A DNA stretch of 64,000 nt from Microthrixaceae bacterium (GTDB taxonomy: Bacteria; Actinomycetota; Acidimicrobiia; Acidimicrobiales; Microtrichaceae). Positions within the stretch are counted from its first letter, which is position 1, and every line of letters begins with the position of its first letter. The position numbers and the translations under genes are program-made. Under the pieces are notes generated by a model that was given only the letters and a program-made list of their open reading frames with translations, did no database searches and had not been told where the DNA came from. Where the stretch lies: the NCBI GenBank assembly GCA_047972145.1, contig JBKEAI010000084.1, positions 177-64,176 of the forward strand. Direction: 5' to 3'. This document shows, in pieces, positions 1 through 9,875 of this stretch.

Positions 1-18
1 TTGGTCCATGCGCGCAAC

Positions 19-1080
19 CTAGGCGTCGCCTGTGACAGGACCGTCGCTGTCTCCCGCAGGACCGGCGTCGTTGCGCACCCACACGGTGCGCTGGGGGAAT
101 GGGATCTCGATGTCCGCCGCGTCGAGTGCCTGCTTGAAGCGGCGGTTCAGCTCGCGCTGCACGCGGAACTGCTCCGCAGGTCTGGTGCGCACCGAGATCC
201 GGATGGTGACCGCGTCTGCGGCGAGGGTCTCCACACCCAACAGCTCTGGGTCGTCCAAGAACGCGTCAGCCCAGTCGTGATCGTGGCTGAGCTCGTTCGC
301 GGTGTCGAGCAGCACCTCCGACGCACGGTCCGTGTCCGTCCCGTAGGCCACACCGACATCCAGCAAGGCCTTGGACCACTCCTGGCTCATGTTGCCGACT
401 CGCTGCACCTGCCCGTTGGGGACGTGCCAGACCGTGCCATAGACATCGCGCAGCACCGTGGTTCGCAGCGTGATGCGCTCGACCGTGCCCGTGGCCTCGC
501 CGAGGTCGATTATGTCCCCGACACCGAACTGGTCCTCGGCGATCATGAACATGCCCGAGAGGAAGTCTCCCACGACCTTCTGGGCGCCGAAGCCCACCGC
601 CACACCGAGCACTCCGGCACCGGCGATCAGGGGTGCGAGGTTGATGCCCAGCTCACCCAGGACCAGGATGAAAGCGACTCCCCACACGAACACGCGGGCG
701 ATCGCGATCAGTACGCCACCGAGGGTCTCGGTGCGCTTGTGCACCCGAAGTGTTCGCTGTTCGGCGCGGAGCCTCTCGCGCCCATCGAGCTCGGTGACAT
801 CTTCGGAACGCAGGGCGATCGCACCCTTGCCGATCCTGGCCATCGCGTGGCGGATCACACGCTTGATCAGCGACATCGCCACAACTGCGACGACCACGAT
901 CAACACGATCGAGGCAACGTTGTCCATGAAGAACGCGGCGATGTCCGCCGCCTTTTCGCTGCCGGTGACCGAGCCCACCCATGAGCACACACGTCCACTG
1001 CTCGTGCAACCGTCCAAGCCGGTCACGACATCGGATCCACCCGCGCCGCCTCCTCCGTTCTGGAGCGTGATCTGCAACAT
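19..1080 (-). CDS. Small-conductance mechanosensitive channel (MscS family)
   Basis: The translation has TM helices followed by the MscS beta-domain pattern (GAQKVVGDFLSGMFMIAEDQFGVGDIIDLGEATGTVERITLRTTVLRD). I chose the internal ATG at 1080 (MLQITLQ). The upstream 96 codons of the ORF are R/P/H-rich and look spurious. Confidence 0.85.
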   Translation of the reverse strand: MLQITLQNGGGGAGGSDVVTGLDGCTSSGRVCSWVGSVTGSEKAADIAAFFMDNVASIVLIVVVAVVAMSLIKRVIRHAMARIGKGAIALRSEDVTELDGRERLRAEQRTLRVHKRTETLGGVLIAIARVFVWGVAFILVLGELGINLAPLIAGAGVLGVAVGFGAQKVVGDFLSGMFMIAEDQFGVGDIIDLGEATGTVERITLRTTVLRDVYGTVWHVPNGQVQRVGNMSQEWSKALLDVGVAYGTDTDRASEVLLDTANELSHDHDWADAFLDDPELLGVETLAADAVTIRISVRTRPAEQFRVQRELNRRFKQALDAADIEIPFPQRTVWVRNDAGPAGDSDGPVTGDA

Positions 1081-1288
1081 CGGCCACAACGCTAACCCGG
1101 CGTGCCGATGCCGCTGTCGTGGGGGGTGAGCCGATGGGTGAGCCGACCCGGATGGCGGCGGTGCATGTCGGAGGTGACCCAGCGGGACGCCATGGCGCCC
1201 GCCACGAGTTTCGATCCGAGCGGATCCTCGGTGCCGTCGTGTTGGCCGGGTCACGACAGGGCCTCCCACGATGGGCCATGATGGTTGC

Positions 1289-1585
1289 ATGCGACGGATG
1301 TTCTGGATGGGCCTCGGGGCCGCGGCGGGAGCTTCGGGAACCCTGTGGGCGCAACGGCGGGTACGCACGGCGATCGACGATCTCGGCGCCGATCAGGTGG
1401 TCGCCATGGCCGGTCGGGGTGCCCGAGCTGCTGCCCGTGCCATCGCGACGGCAGTCGGCGAGGGTCGCGAGGCGATGTCCGAGCGCGAGATCGAGCTGCG
1501 CACTCGGCTGCACGGCCCCGACGCCTCGGTGGATGCGCGCCGCAGGCACCTAAGTCCTGTGCCACAACGGGTGCGCGGTCGGTAG
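1289..1585 (+). CDS. Small membrane-anchored protein of unknown function, conserved-looking neighbour upstream of alaS
   Basis: MRRMFWMGLGAAAGASGTLWAQRRV is an N-terminal TM helix, followed by an Ala/Arg-rich helical tail. The family assignment (it resembles small DUF-type proteins next to alaS in actinobacteria) is from memory only. Confidence 0.5.
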   Translation: MRRMFWMGLGAAAGASGTLWAQRRVRTAIDDLGADQVVAMAGRGARAAARAIATAVGEGREAMSEREIELRTRLHGPDASVDARRRHLSPVPQRVRGR

Positions 1586-1702
1586 CCTTGCGGGACCATG
1601 TCCCCGCCCCATTCCGCACCCACCGTGACTGCACGCACATTCCCGCGGATCGCTGTGCGTCGTGCGGTGACGGGGTGTGTCCGATGAACCGGCCGGTGTG
1701 AG

Positions 1703-4300
1703 GTGAGTGAGCTCATAACCACAGCGGACGGACTGCGCTCGGCGTGGAGCTCGTTCTTCTCCGAGCGCGCCCACCAGGTGGTCCCATCCGCGAGCCTGAT
1801 CCCAACGCACCCATCGGCTCCGATGTTCACCAACTCGGGGATGATGCCCTTCGTGTCGTACTTCCTCGGTGAGGAACCGGTGCCGTATGACCCGCCGAGG
1901 GCTGTCTCGGTGCAAAAGTGTGTGCGCGCAGGCGGCAAGCACAACGACCTCGATGCGATAGGGCGTTCCCCGCGGCACCTGTCCTTCTTCGAGATGCTGG
2001 GCAACTTCAGCTTCGGTGACTACTTCAAGGACGAGGCGATCCCCTGGGCGTGGGAGTTCCTCACCGGGACCCTCGGCCTCGACGGCGACCGCATGTGGGT
2101 GACGGTGCACCTCAGCGACGACGAGGCGGAGCAGATCTGGATCGACTCGGTCGGCTTCCCCGCGGAACGTATCCAACGCCTCGACGCCGACAACTTCTGG
2201 GAGATGGGCGAGACCGGGCCGTGCGGGCCGTGCTCGGAGGTGTTCTGGGACTACGGACCTGATCTCGGCCCCGACGGCGGACCTGCCAACCCCGCGGCCG
2301 AGGACCGCTTCGTGGAGATCTGGAACCTCGTGTTCACCCAGTACTTCCGGGGTCCCGACGGCTCCCTGGAGGACCTGCCCAAGCGCAACGTCGACACCGG
2401 TGCCGGCCTGGAGCGGATCCTTGCGGTGCTGGCGGGCAGCCCGTGGCTCTACTCCGCGGATGTGCTCACAGCCCTGCTCGATCGTGCCGAGGCGGTGACC
2501 GGACAGCGCATGGGCACCTCGGAGCTCGGCGACATCGGCCTGCGGCTCCTGGCCGACCACACCCGTACCGCGACGTTCCTGGTCTCCGACGGGGTCATCC
2601 CCTCCAACGAGGAGCGGGGCTACGTGCTGCGGCGGATCATCCGCCGGGCAGTCCGCTTCGCGTACATGCTCGACGTCCACGACCAGGTGATGGCCCAGAT
2701 GGTGGATGCCTGCGTGGATGTGATGGCCGGCGCCTACCCTGCGCTCGGGCGGGGTCGCGACCAGATCGTCGAGATGATCGACCGCGAAGAGGGCCGGTTC
2801 CGCCAGACCCTCGAACGCGGATCGGTTCTCCTCGACGCCGAGCTCGACAAGCTGGATGACGGCGGCACCCTCGACGGCGAGGTCGCCTTCGTCCTGCACG
2901 ACACCTACGGGTTCCCCCTCGAGGTCACCTCGGAGATGGCCGAGTTGCGTGGCGCCGAGGTGGACCAGGCGGGGTTCGATTCGGCGATGGCCGCACAGCG
3001 GCAACGATCCAAGGCGGCCGGGCGTAGCACCGGTGTGGACGTCGGCGAGGAGTCGGAGGTCGCCCGTGAGGTGCTGGCCGAGTTCGGGCCGACCCGCTTC
3101 GTTGGCCGCGAGACAGACTCCACCGAAGCGACGGTCCTTCGCGTGACATCCGACGCGATCTACCTCGACACCACGCCCTTCTACGGCGAGTCCGGTGGCC
3201 AGGTGGGCGACACCGGCACCATCGAAGGCCCCGAAGGGGTTGTCGCGGTCATCGACACCCAACTCGTGCTCCCGGGACTGCACCTGCACCGGATCGAGCC
3301 GGGGTCGACGCCGATCCCCGCCGGTGCCAAGGTGACAGCCACGATCGATTCGAAGCGTCGGGACGCGATCCGGCGAAACCACACCGCCACACACCTGTTG
3401 CACTGGGCGCTGCGTTCCGAGCTCGGTGACCATGTCCAACAGCAGGGATCGCTGGTGTCTGCGGACCGGCTCCGATTCGACTTCTCGCACCACCAGGGGG
3501 TCACCGAGGAACAGATCGCACGCATAGAGGATCTCGTCAACGCCGAGGTCCTCTCCAACGATGCGGTGGAGCACTTCGAGACCTCGATGGACGAGGCGCG
3601 CACCCTGGGCGCGATCGCGTTCTTCGGGGAGAAGTACGGCGAGGTCGTACGGGTGTTGCGTGCGGGTGAGCACAGCATCGAGCTCTGCGGTGGCACGCAC
3701 GTTCGCGCGCTTGGAGACATCGGGCTCGTCAAGGTGGTGTCCGAGGGCTCGATCGGGTCCAACGTGCGGCGTATCGAAGCGGTCACCGGCACGGGTTCGC
3801 TCAAGCTGCTGCGGGACACAGAGGCCCACCTGGAGGAGCTCGCAGGGGATCTGGGCGTGCCGGTCGAGGATCTGCATGGGGGGCTCCAGAAGCGCCTCGG
3901 CGAGTTGGACTCGTTGCGCAGGGAGCTCAAGGACCTGCGCCGCGAGCTGACCGGAAACCAGTCCGAAGCGCTCGCCACGAGCGCGGTCGACGGGGCGATC
4001 GTGGCCCGCGTCGAGGTGGAGCGTCGCGAGGATCTGCGCGAGCTCGCGATAGCCCTTCGCGATCGTCCGGGCATTGAGACCGTCGTACTCGGTGGGTCAC
4101 CGGGGGGAAAGGGGGTGGCGCTCGTCGCAGCGGTCACCACCGCCTCGGGGCACAACGCATCGGAGTTGATAGCAGAGGCAGCGAAGCTGGTCGGCGGCGG
4201 GGGAGGAAAGGCACCCGATGTCGCGATCGCGGGTGGCAAGGCGCCCGAACACCTCGACGAGGCTCTCGCTGTGGTCCGGGGCAACCTCGGGCTTCCGTGA
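1703..4300 (+). CDS. alaS: Alanine--tRNA ligase
   Basis: 865 aa with class II AlaRS motifs (FTNSGMMPF, KCVRAGGKHNDLD, FFEMLGNFSFGDYFK), an editing-domain HxxxH (HTATHLLH) and a C-terminal DHHA1-like domain. GTG start. Confidence 0.97.
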   Translation: MSELITTADGLRSAWSSFFSERAHQVVPSASLIPTHPSAPMFTNSGMMPFVSYFLGEEPVPYDPPRAVSVQKCVRAGGKHNDLDAIGRSPRHLSFFEMLGNFSFGDYFKDEAIPWAWEFLTGTLGLDGDRMWVTVHLSDDEAEQIWIDSVGFPAERIQRLDADNFWEMGETGPCGPCSEVFWDYGPDLGPDGGPANPAAEDRFVEIWNLVFTQYFRGPDGSLEDLPKRNVDTGAGLERILAVLAGSPWLYSADVLTALLDRAEAVTGQRMGTSELGDIGLRLLADHTRTATFLVSDGVIPSNEERGYVLRRIIRRAVRFAYMLDVHDQVMAQMVDACVDVMAGAYPALGRGRDQIVEMIDREEGRFRQTLERGSVLLDAELDKLDDGGTLDGEVAFVLHDTYGFPLEVTSEMAELRGAEVDQAGFDSAMAAQRQRSKAAGRSTGVDVGEESEVAREVLAEFGPTRFVGRETDSTEATVLRVTSDAIYLDTTPFYGESGGQVGDTGTIEGPEGVVAVIDTQLVLPGLHLHRIEPGSTPIPAGAKVTATIDSKRRDAIRRNHTATHLLHWALRSELGDHVQQQGSLVSADRLRFDFSHHQGVTEEQIARIEDLVNAEVLSNDAVEHFETSMDEARTLGAIAFFGEKYGEVVRVLRAGEHSIELCGGTHVRALGDIGLVKVVSEGSIGSNVRRIEAVTGTGSLKLLRDTEAHLEELAGDLGVPVEDLHGGLQKRLGELDSLRRELKDLRRELTGNQSEALATSAVDGAIVARVEVERREDLRELAIALRDRPGIETVVLGGSPGGKGVALVAAVTTASGHNASELIAEAAKLVGGGGGKAPDVAIAGGKAPEHLDEALAVVRGNLGLP

Positions 4301-4409
4301 CACAGCGGCACCGGATCGAACAGCCGTCGCGCGGGACGCGATCGACGCTGCTCACAGGTCACCCAGTCCGGCGATGGAAGGCGTCGGGTACCGCCGGGAG
4401 CCACTGCCG

Positions 4410-4859
4410 ATGAGGGCGCTGGGACTGGACCTCGGATCGGTGCGCATCGGGGTGGCCCTGTCGGATTCCGAGGGCAGGCTCGCGGTGCCGAGTGCGACGA
4501 TCGGCCGCTCCCGGAACTGGGAGACCGACCATCGCACGATCGCCGATCTGGTGACCGAATCGGGTGCAGAGATCGTCGTGGTGGGACTGCCCCGCTCGAT
4601 GGACGGGACCGTCGGGCCCGCGGAGAAACGCACACGTAGCGAGGTCCGCAGCTTGGAGCGCGCGGTCGGGGTGCCCGTGGAGACCTACGATGAACGGCTT
4701 AGCACTGTCCACGCCACCAAGATGTTGCACGAGGCAGGCTTCGACACCCGACAGAGCCGTAGCCGCGTGGATTCCTCGGCCGCGGTGGTGATCCTCCAAG
4801 GGTGGCTGGACCACGTGCGACACGACCAGGACACACCAGGAGAGCCCCGAGAGCCATGA
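4410..4859 (+). CDS. ruvX: Putative pre-16S rRNA nuclease / Holliday junction resolvase-like protein YqgF
   Basis: MRALGLDLGSVRIGVALSD...VVVGLPRSMDGT...VETYDERLST is the YqgF pattern. ATG at 4410. Conserved position after alaS. Confidence 0.9.
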   Translation: MRALGLDLGSVRIGVALSDSEGRLAVPSATIGRSRNWETDHRTIADLVTESGAEIVVVGLPRSMDGTVGPAEKRTRSEVRSLERAVGVPVETYDERLSTVHATKMLHEAGFDTRQSRSRVDSSAAVVILQGWLDHVRHDQDTPGEPREP

Positions 4860-6010
4860 CCGCACCGACCGAGCGCCCGCAGTCCCCAGGCGATCCCGAA
4901 CTCCGAGTCCGGCGCGAGCGTCGCACCCAGGTGGTGACCGAGGAATGGGAGCGGCTCCCCAGGGACACCAACGGTGGGCGCAAGGTGCTCACCATCGGGG
5001 TCGCTGTGGTGCTGGTGTTCGCGTTCGTCGTCGGAGCCGGCTTCCTCTGGGTATCCCGCAAGATGAACCCACCGGGCGATCCCGGTGAGCTGGTGGCGAG
5101 CATCGAGGTGCCCACCGGGTCATCCACCGATTCGATCGCACGGATACTCGCCGATGCCGACGTGATCAGCGACGCGGGTCTGTTCTCGCGCTACGTCGGG
5201 CTGAAGAGCGCAGGTCCCTGGGAGGCCGGCAACTACACCGACTTCAGGCTCAATTCGAGCTTCGACGAGGCCATCGAAGTGCTCGATGGCGGACCGCTGC
5301 CGGTCGGTGCCACCCAGGTCCGGATCACCGAAGGAAAGCGCGTCAGCGACGCGATCACCCAGATAGCCGAGCAGCACCCGAACGTGGATGAGGAGGCCCT
5401 GCTCCTCGCGCTCGGTTCGGGTGAGGTCACCTCCCAGTACCTGCCCGAACGCACCACCAGCTGGGAAGGGCTGCTGTTCCCGGACACCTACGAGTTCTCA
5501 GACGATGCGACGGCCACCGAGATACTCCAGACGCTCGCAGACGAGATGTCGGACAACCTCGACGAGCTCGGATACGACCGCGCGGAGACGCTGCGCGGAT
5601 ACTCCGCGTACGACGTGTTGAAGGTGGCATCGCTCGCCGAACGCGAGACCGGCCAGCCCGAAGAGGAGCGCGGACAGATCTCGAGGGTGATCTACAACCG
5701 CCTCGACGAGAACGAACCGCTGGGGATCGACGCCGCGGTGCTGTACGGCCTCGGACGTGATTCAGGCGAGCTCACCCAGTCGGACCTCGACACCGACACC
5801 CCCTACAACACGAGGATCAACCCCGGGCTCCCACCGACACCGATCGGCCTGCCCTCGATGGCGGCGCTGAGTGCGGCGATCGATCCACCGGAGGGGAACT
5901 GGCGCTACTACGTGCTCGTGTCCAACGACCCGCCGTCGCACCTGTTCACCAACTCCTACCAGGAGTTTCAGCGGGCCAAGGCACAGGCGCAGGCCGACGG
6001 GGTCTTCTGA
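4856..6010 (+). CDS. mltG: Endolytic murein transglycosylase (YceG/MltG family)
   Basis: N-terminal TM helix and the YceG C-terminal signature (YNTRINPGLPPTPIGLPSMAALSAAIDP). ATG at 4856 overlaps the ruvX stop (ATGA). Confidence 0.9.
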   Translation: MTAPTERPQSPGDPELRVRRERRTQVVTEEWERLPRDTNGGRKVLTIGVAVVLVFAFVVGAGFLWVSRKMNPPGDPGELVASIEVPTGSSTDSIARILADADVISDAGLFSRYVGLKSAGPWEAGNYTDFRLNSSFDEAIEVLDGGPLPVGATQVRITEGKRVSDAITQIAEQHPNVDEEALLLALGSGEVTSQYLPERTTSWEGLLFPDTYEFSDDATATEILQTLADEMSDNLDELGYDRAETLRGYSAYDVLKVASLAERETGQPEEERGQISRVIYNRLDENEPLGIDAAVLYGLGRDSGELTQSDLDTDTPYNTRINPGLPPTPIGLPSMAALSAAIDPPEGNWRYYVLVSNDPPSHLFTNSYQEFQRAKAQAQADGVF

Positions 6011-6012
6011 GG

Positions 6013-6864
6013 GTGACCGAGCCAACCCGGCCCGGTGTCACAGCGGCCACCAGGGTGGCTGGGGTGATCGGCGACCCAGTGCGTCACAGCCGCTCCCCGG
6101 CGATCTTCAACACCGCGTTCTCCGCCACCGGGCTCGATTGGATCTACACGGCGTTCGAGGTGCCGGCCGGACGCGGTGGCGATGCCATCGCAGCGATGCG
6201 CGTGCTCGATCTGGGCGGACTGTCGGTCACGATGCCCCACAAGGCGGCAGTGATCCCAGAGCTCGATGAGATCACCCCCGAAGCCGAGGTGCTCGGCGCG
6301 GTCAACTGCGTGACCAACTCGGGGGGACACATCACCGGTCACAACACCGATGGAGCCGGCTACGTCGCCTCTCTGCGATCCGCAGGCATCGAACCGCAGG
6401 GCATGCGCTGTGTGGTGATCGGAGCGGGAGGAGCTGCCCGGGCGGTCATACACGCCCTTGCGCTCGCCGGTGCAGGCGAGGTTGCCGTGTCCAATCGGGA
6501 CCAGGGTCGCGCCCGCTCCGCGGCTGATCTCGCCCCCACCGGCACGGTTGTGCCACCGGGGAAGCTGGCGGACGCAGTGGGCTCAGCGGATCTGGTGACG
6601 AACGCGACACCGCTGGGCATGGCCGAGGGTGACCCACCGGTGCTGGACGTCGGCGACCTGAAACCCGACCTCGTGGTGAGCGACCTCGTGTACGCACCTG
6701 AAACCACGCCGTTGCTGGGGGCTGCGGCATCGGCCGGCTGCCGAACTGTCGGGGGTCTCGGAATGCTGGTTCACCAAGCGGCCGTTGCCTTCGAGCTGAT
6801 GACGGGTGTGCGGGCGCCGGTCGATGCCATGGCCCGAGCAGGGTCTTTCGCACCCGAAAACTGA
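6013..6864 (+). CDS. aroE: Shikimate dehydrogenase
   Basis: GVIGDPVRHSRSPAIFN, SVTMPHK, NTDGAGY and the GAGGAARAV Rossmann motif. Confidence 0.92.
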   Translation: MTEPTRPGVTAATRVAGVIGDPVRHSRSPAIFNTAFSATGLDWIYTAFEVPAGRGGDAIAAMRVLDLGGLSVTMPHKAAVIPELDEITPEAEVLGAVNCVTNSGGHITGHNTDGAGYVASLRSAGIEPQGMRCVVIGAGGAARAVIHALALAGAGEVAVSNRDQGRARSAADLAPTGTVVPPGKLADAVGSADLVTNATPLGMAEGDPPVLDVGDLKPDLVVSDLVYAPETTPLLGAAASAGCRTVGGLGMLVHQAAVAFELMTGVRAPVDAMARAGSFAPEN

Positions 6865-6917
6865 ACCTGACTCCTGCAAGTGCCGATGGGACTCCAGAAC
6901 GACCAGGAGACGGCGAC

Positions 6918-8213
6918 GTGGCACTGCAAGGAACAATCGACTCATTTCCGGTGATCGACGTGCTCCAACTGCTCGGAGCATCTGCGAAGACCGGCCGCTT
7001 GGACATGGACGGCGACCGCGGTCAGGGCTCGCTCTGGGTCGACGGTGGACAGATCATCGCCGGTGACATCGATGGAGCACCCACAAACTCGGCTGCTGAC
7101 GTGGTGTTCGAGTTCTTCCTCTTCGAGGAGGGTTCCTTCGAGTTCATCGCGGGCGACGAACCAGCGGAGGCCGCGTATTCCGAGGCTGCCCCGGACGCGG
7201 TCTCGGCGGCATCGTCGATGCTCGAGCGTTGGCAGTCGATCCGGGAGGTCGTACCCGGCACTGAATACGTCGTCGAGTTGGTAGGTGCACTCGATGAGGA
7301 GGAGGTCACTCTCAACGCGCAGGAGTGGGAGCTCGTCGTGGCATGTGGCTCCGGAGCCAGCGTCGCAGCGCTCATCGAGGTGATGGACACCGGCGAGTTC
7401 GATGCCTGTCGTCGCATAGCGGAGCTCGTGGCCAGAGAACTGGCCGCGTGTGTCGAGCCGGCTCCGAGAGCTGATGCGGCTGCGTCGGAGGGCGCGACAC
7501 CCGAAACCCTGGTACCCGATTCGGTGTTGCCGGGCGACCCCTCACCGGTGCCTGAGGGATCCATCCCTGGTGATTCCGCGGATCCACTCCGGGGCGACGT
7601 GGCGGGCGGTCTGTCCGGACAGGGTGCGTTCGGGGGAGAGGACACCTCGCTCGAACCCGTCGGCTCGCTCGAGGGAGCTCCGACGATCGGCGAGCAGGGC
7701 GCAGTCGGAGGTGTGGGAGTCGGAGATGTGGGAGCCGCAGATGTAGGAGCCGCAGACACAGAGGCGTTCGCAGGCGTTGCCGGCTTCGACCTCCAGCCGA
7801 CTCCCAGCCAGCTCGACGCCGAGCCGGCGTCGACGCCGGACACCTCGTTCACCGACGACGAGGGGTCGAGCGAAGGTGGCGTGTTCCCCGACCACTTCCC
7901 GATCGATGATCTGGTGGATTCGGACCACACGGTCAGCTTCGAAAGTGCCGAGGGGACGTTGCGTTCCGGGTCTACGCTCGGCTCGGAACCCCCACAGGCA
8001 GCCATCTGGGACGACGAGGTCGTCGAGCCGGGCGCTGGGGCGTTCCACCCCGATTCCGGGCAGGGCGCCTTCACCTCGGAGCCGATCGATGCAGCTGAGC
8101 CCTTCGAGGGGGAACCAGGCACCTCCGACGACGTGCTCGCACAGATCGGTCGACTCAGCCCCAAGGCGGCCGAAGCGATCGCGGCAGCGCTGGGTGATGG
8201 GGACGACACCTGA
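6918..8213 (+). CDS. DUF4388 (PATAN-like) domain protein with a long acidic low-complexity C-terminal half
   Basis: The N-terminus LQGTIDSFPVIDVLQLLGASAKTGRLDMDGDRGQGSLWVDGGQIIAG...EEGSFEF matches the DUF4388 pattern. AGGAG lies 6-13 nt upstream of the GTG at 6918. The C-terminal ~230 aa are D/E/G/A/S/P-rich. Confidence 0.7.
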   Translation: MALQGTIDSFPVIDVLQLLGASAKTGRLDMDGDRGQGSLWVDGGQIIAGDIDGAPTNSAADVVFEFFLFEEGSFEFIAGDEPAEAAYSEAAPDAVSAASSMLERWQSIREVVPGTEYVVELVGALDEEEVTLNAQEWELVVACGSGASVAALIEVMDTGEFDACRRIAELVARELAACVEPAPRADAAASEGATPETLVPDSVLPGDPSPVPEGSIPGDSADPLRGDVAGGLSGQGAFGGEDTSLEPVGSLEGAPTIGEQGAVGGVGVGDVGAADVGAADTEAFAGVAGFDLQPTPSQLDAEPASTPDTSFTDDEGSSEGGVFPDHFPIDDLVDSDHTVSFESAEGTLRSGSTLGSEPPQAAIWDDEVVEPGAGAFHPDSGQGAFTSEPIDAAEPFEGEPGTSDDVLAQIGRLSPKAAEAIAAALGDGDDT

Positions 8214-8397
8214 GCGATCCGAGGTGTACGCAGTCCCGGGCACCAGACTCGGTAAGCTGAACGCCAGTGGTCATCGGCAGGCGGCCGTCGCCACCCGACC
8301 CGCACGACACAGCGGGGCGGTCACCGGGTCCTGCGCCTCGTTAGGAGGACGCACCCGGGTCGGTCAGTTCGAGACACCAGCACGAGAAAGGAACACC

Positions 8398-9330
8398 GTG
8401 GCCCAGACCAGCCCAGCCGATCCCACGAGCGGGAACGTCTCCGCCCCCGACGCGGTGGGTCGCGGTGTGCTCGGGCACACTCCCGACGCACCTGCGTACC
8501 TGTTCGTGTTGGCGGGCCATTCGCTGGGTTCCACCCCCGTCGGCGGCGACGGGGAACCGAAGTGGTTGGACCTGAGGCGGCTGCTCAACCTCGACGCGGT
8601 GGGCGATCCGAGGGACTCCAAGGTGCCCATCGAGGCCACCTTCGACGGTGAGCCACCTTTGGAGGCCCTGTGGCCCGAACCGTTCTGTGACCAGGTGGTC
8701 GACCGTCTACGGGAGCTGCTCGACCGGGGTGAGATGCTTCCGGAGGGAACCGGCGAGCTGCCGGAGCCACCACCGGTTGTAGCTGCCGCCCCCAGCCCCT
8801 TCGGGCTGCAAGGCCAGGACCCACCGGAACCGACTGCTCCCACACCCAGCACCTTCGAGGTTGCACAGCAAGCCCCGCAACAAGCTGCGCACGGCACCGA
8901 TGCCCCCCTGTGGGCGGCAGCGGACGATCGCCCGCTGCCCGGCGACGGCCAGCCGCTGGGGGGCTCGGTCGAAGGTGGACCCGGAGGTGAGCTGACCCTC
9001 GAGGACGTCGTCTACCACGGCGGGTATCCGGGGCACACGAAGCGACGCAAGAAGTGCGTCGCCGTGCTCGATGCCCGCGGGCTGTCCGTGTCGGGCCCCA
9101 ACGGCCCCGACTTCAGCGTGCCGTGGGACACCGTGACGAGCGTCGAGGCGCAGAACGCGGACGAGGCCAAGTTCCGCCTCGGCGTCAAGGTGAAACGCAA
9201 CTCGACGGTGGTCGTCGTCGAGTGCGATCAGGACGTGTCCATAGTTCTCGAGGCCCAGGACGTGCCCACGGTGCCTCTCAGGAACGCGCTGCACGAGTTG
9301 CTCGACGGGGGCACGGTGGCGGTGGCGTGA
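8398..9330 (+). CDS. Hypothetical protein (N-terminal domain, Pro-rich linker, beta-rich C-terminal module)
   Basis: GTG at 8398 is preceded by GAAAGGA. The part of ORF 7777..9330 upstream of this overlaps the DUF4388 gene out of frame and is R/S/P-rich, so I treat it as spurious. The stop overlaps the aroK GTG (GTGA). I recognise no family motif. The C-terminal YHGGYPGH...FSVPWDTVTSVE module is possibly PH/GRAM-like (a guess). Confidence 0.6.
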   Translation: MAQTSPADPTSGNVSAPDAVGRGVLGHTPDAPAYLFVLAGHSLGSTPVGGDGEPKWLDLRRLLNLDAVGDPRDSKVPIEATFDGEPPLEALWPEPFCDQVVDRLRELLDRGEMLPEGTGELPEPPPVVAAAPSPFGLQGQDPPEPTAPTPSTFEVAQQAPQQAAHGTDAPLWAAADDRPLPGDGQPLGGSVEGGPGGELTLEDVVYHGGYPGHTKRRKKCVAVLDARGLSVSGPNGPDFSVPWDTVTSVEAQNADEAKFRLGVKVKRNSTVVVVECDQDVSIVLEAQDVPTVPLRNALHELLDGGTVAVA

Positions 9331-9875
9331 ACACGTCCCGGCCCGTGGTCCTCGTCGGCCTGCCGGGTTCGGGCAAATCGACCGTCGCTCCCTTGCTCGC
9401 CGATCGGCTCCGCATCGGCGTGGTCGATCTGGACGAACTCATCGCGCAGCGCAGCGGCTCGAGTGTCGAGTCGATCTTCGCCCGGGTCGGCGAGCCTGGG
9501 TTCCGACTCGAGGAGGTCGCGGCTCTGGAGGCCGCCCTCGCCGGTGCCCCATCGGTGATAGCGACCGGAGGTGGGGTGGTGACCACAGCCGGTGCCCGTT
9601 CACTCCTTGCCGGCTTTCCCGTCGTCTGGCTGCGCGCAACAGCGCAGACCCTCGTCTCACGCCTGACCACCGACGCTACGGTCAGACCGCTGCTGGCCGG
9701 TTCACGCGGTGGCGATGACCTCGTTGCGGTGCTGGAGGGGCTCATGGGTGAGCGCGAGCGGTACTACACAGAGGTGGCTTCGGTCGTCGTCGATGTCGAT
9801 GACCTGGACGGCCAGGCGGTGAGCGAGCGCGTCCTTTTCGGTCTCTGCGAGGTCATCGGGGTCGACGATGGGTGA
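9327..9875 (+). CDS. aroK: Shikimate kinase
   Basis: P-loop VLVGLPGSGKSTVA, DLDELI and the GGGVV motif. GTG at 9327. Confidence 0.9.
   Translation: MNTSRPVVLVGLPGSGKSTVAPLLADRLRIGVVDLDELIAQRSGSSVESIFARVGEPGFRLEEVAALEAALAGAPSVIATGGGVVTTAGARSLLAGFPVVWLRATAQTLVSRLTTDATVRPLLAGSRGGDDLVAVLEGLMGERERYYTEVASVVVDVDDLDGQAVSERVLFGLCEVIGVDDG

Noticed and set aside
1550-3877. 775-aa ORF on the minus strand
   Set aside because: It is entirely antisense to the well-supported alaS gene. Its R/G/H/P/V-rich composition is typical of shadow ORFs in high-GC DNA, and it has no family motifs.
7777-8397. N-terminal 207 codons of ORF 7777..9330
   Set aside because: This part overlaps the DUF4388 gene out of frame and is R/S/P/T-rich. 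A GTG with a good RBS at 8398 gives a sensible protein.
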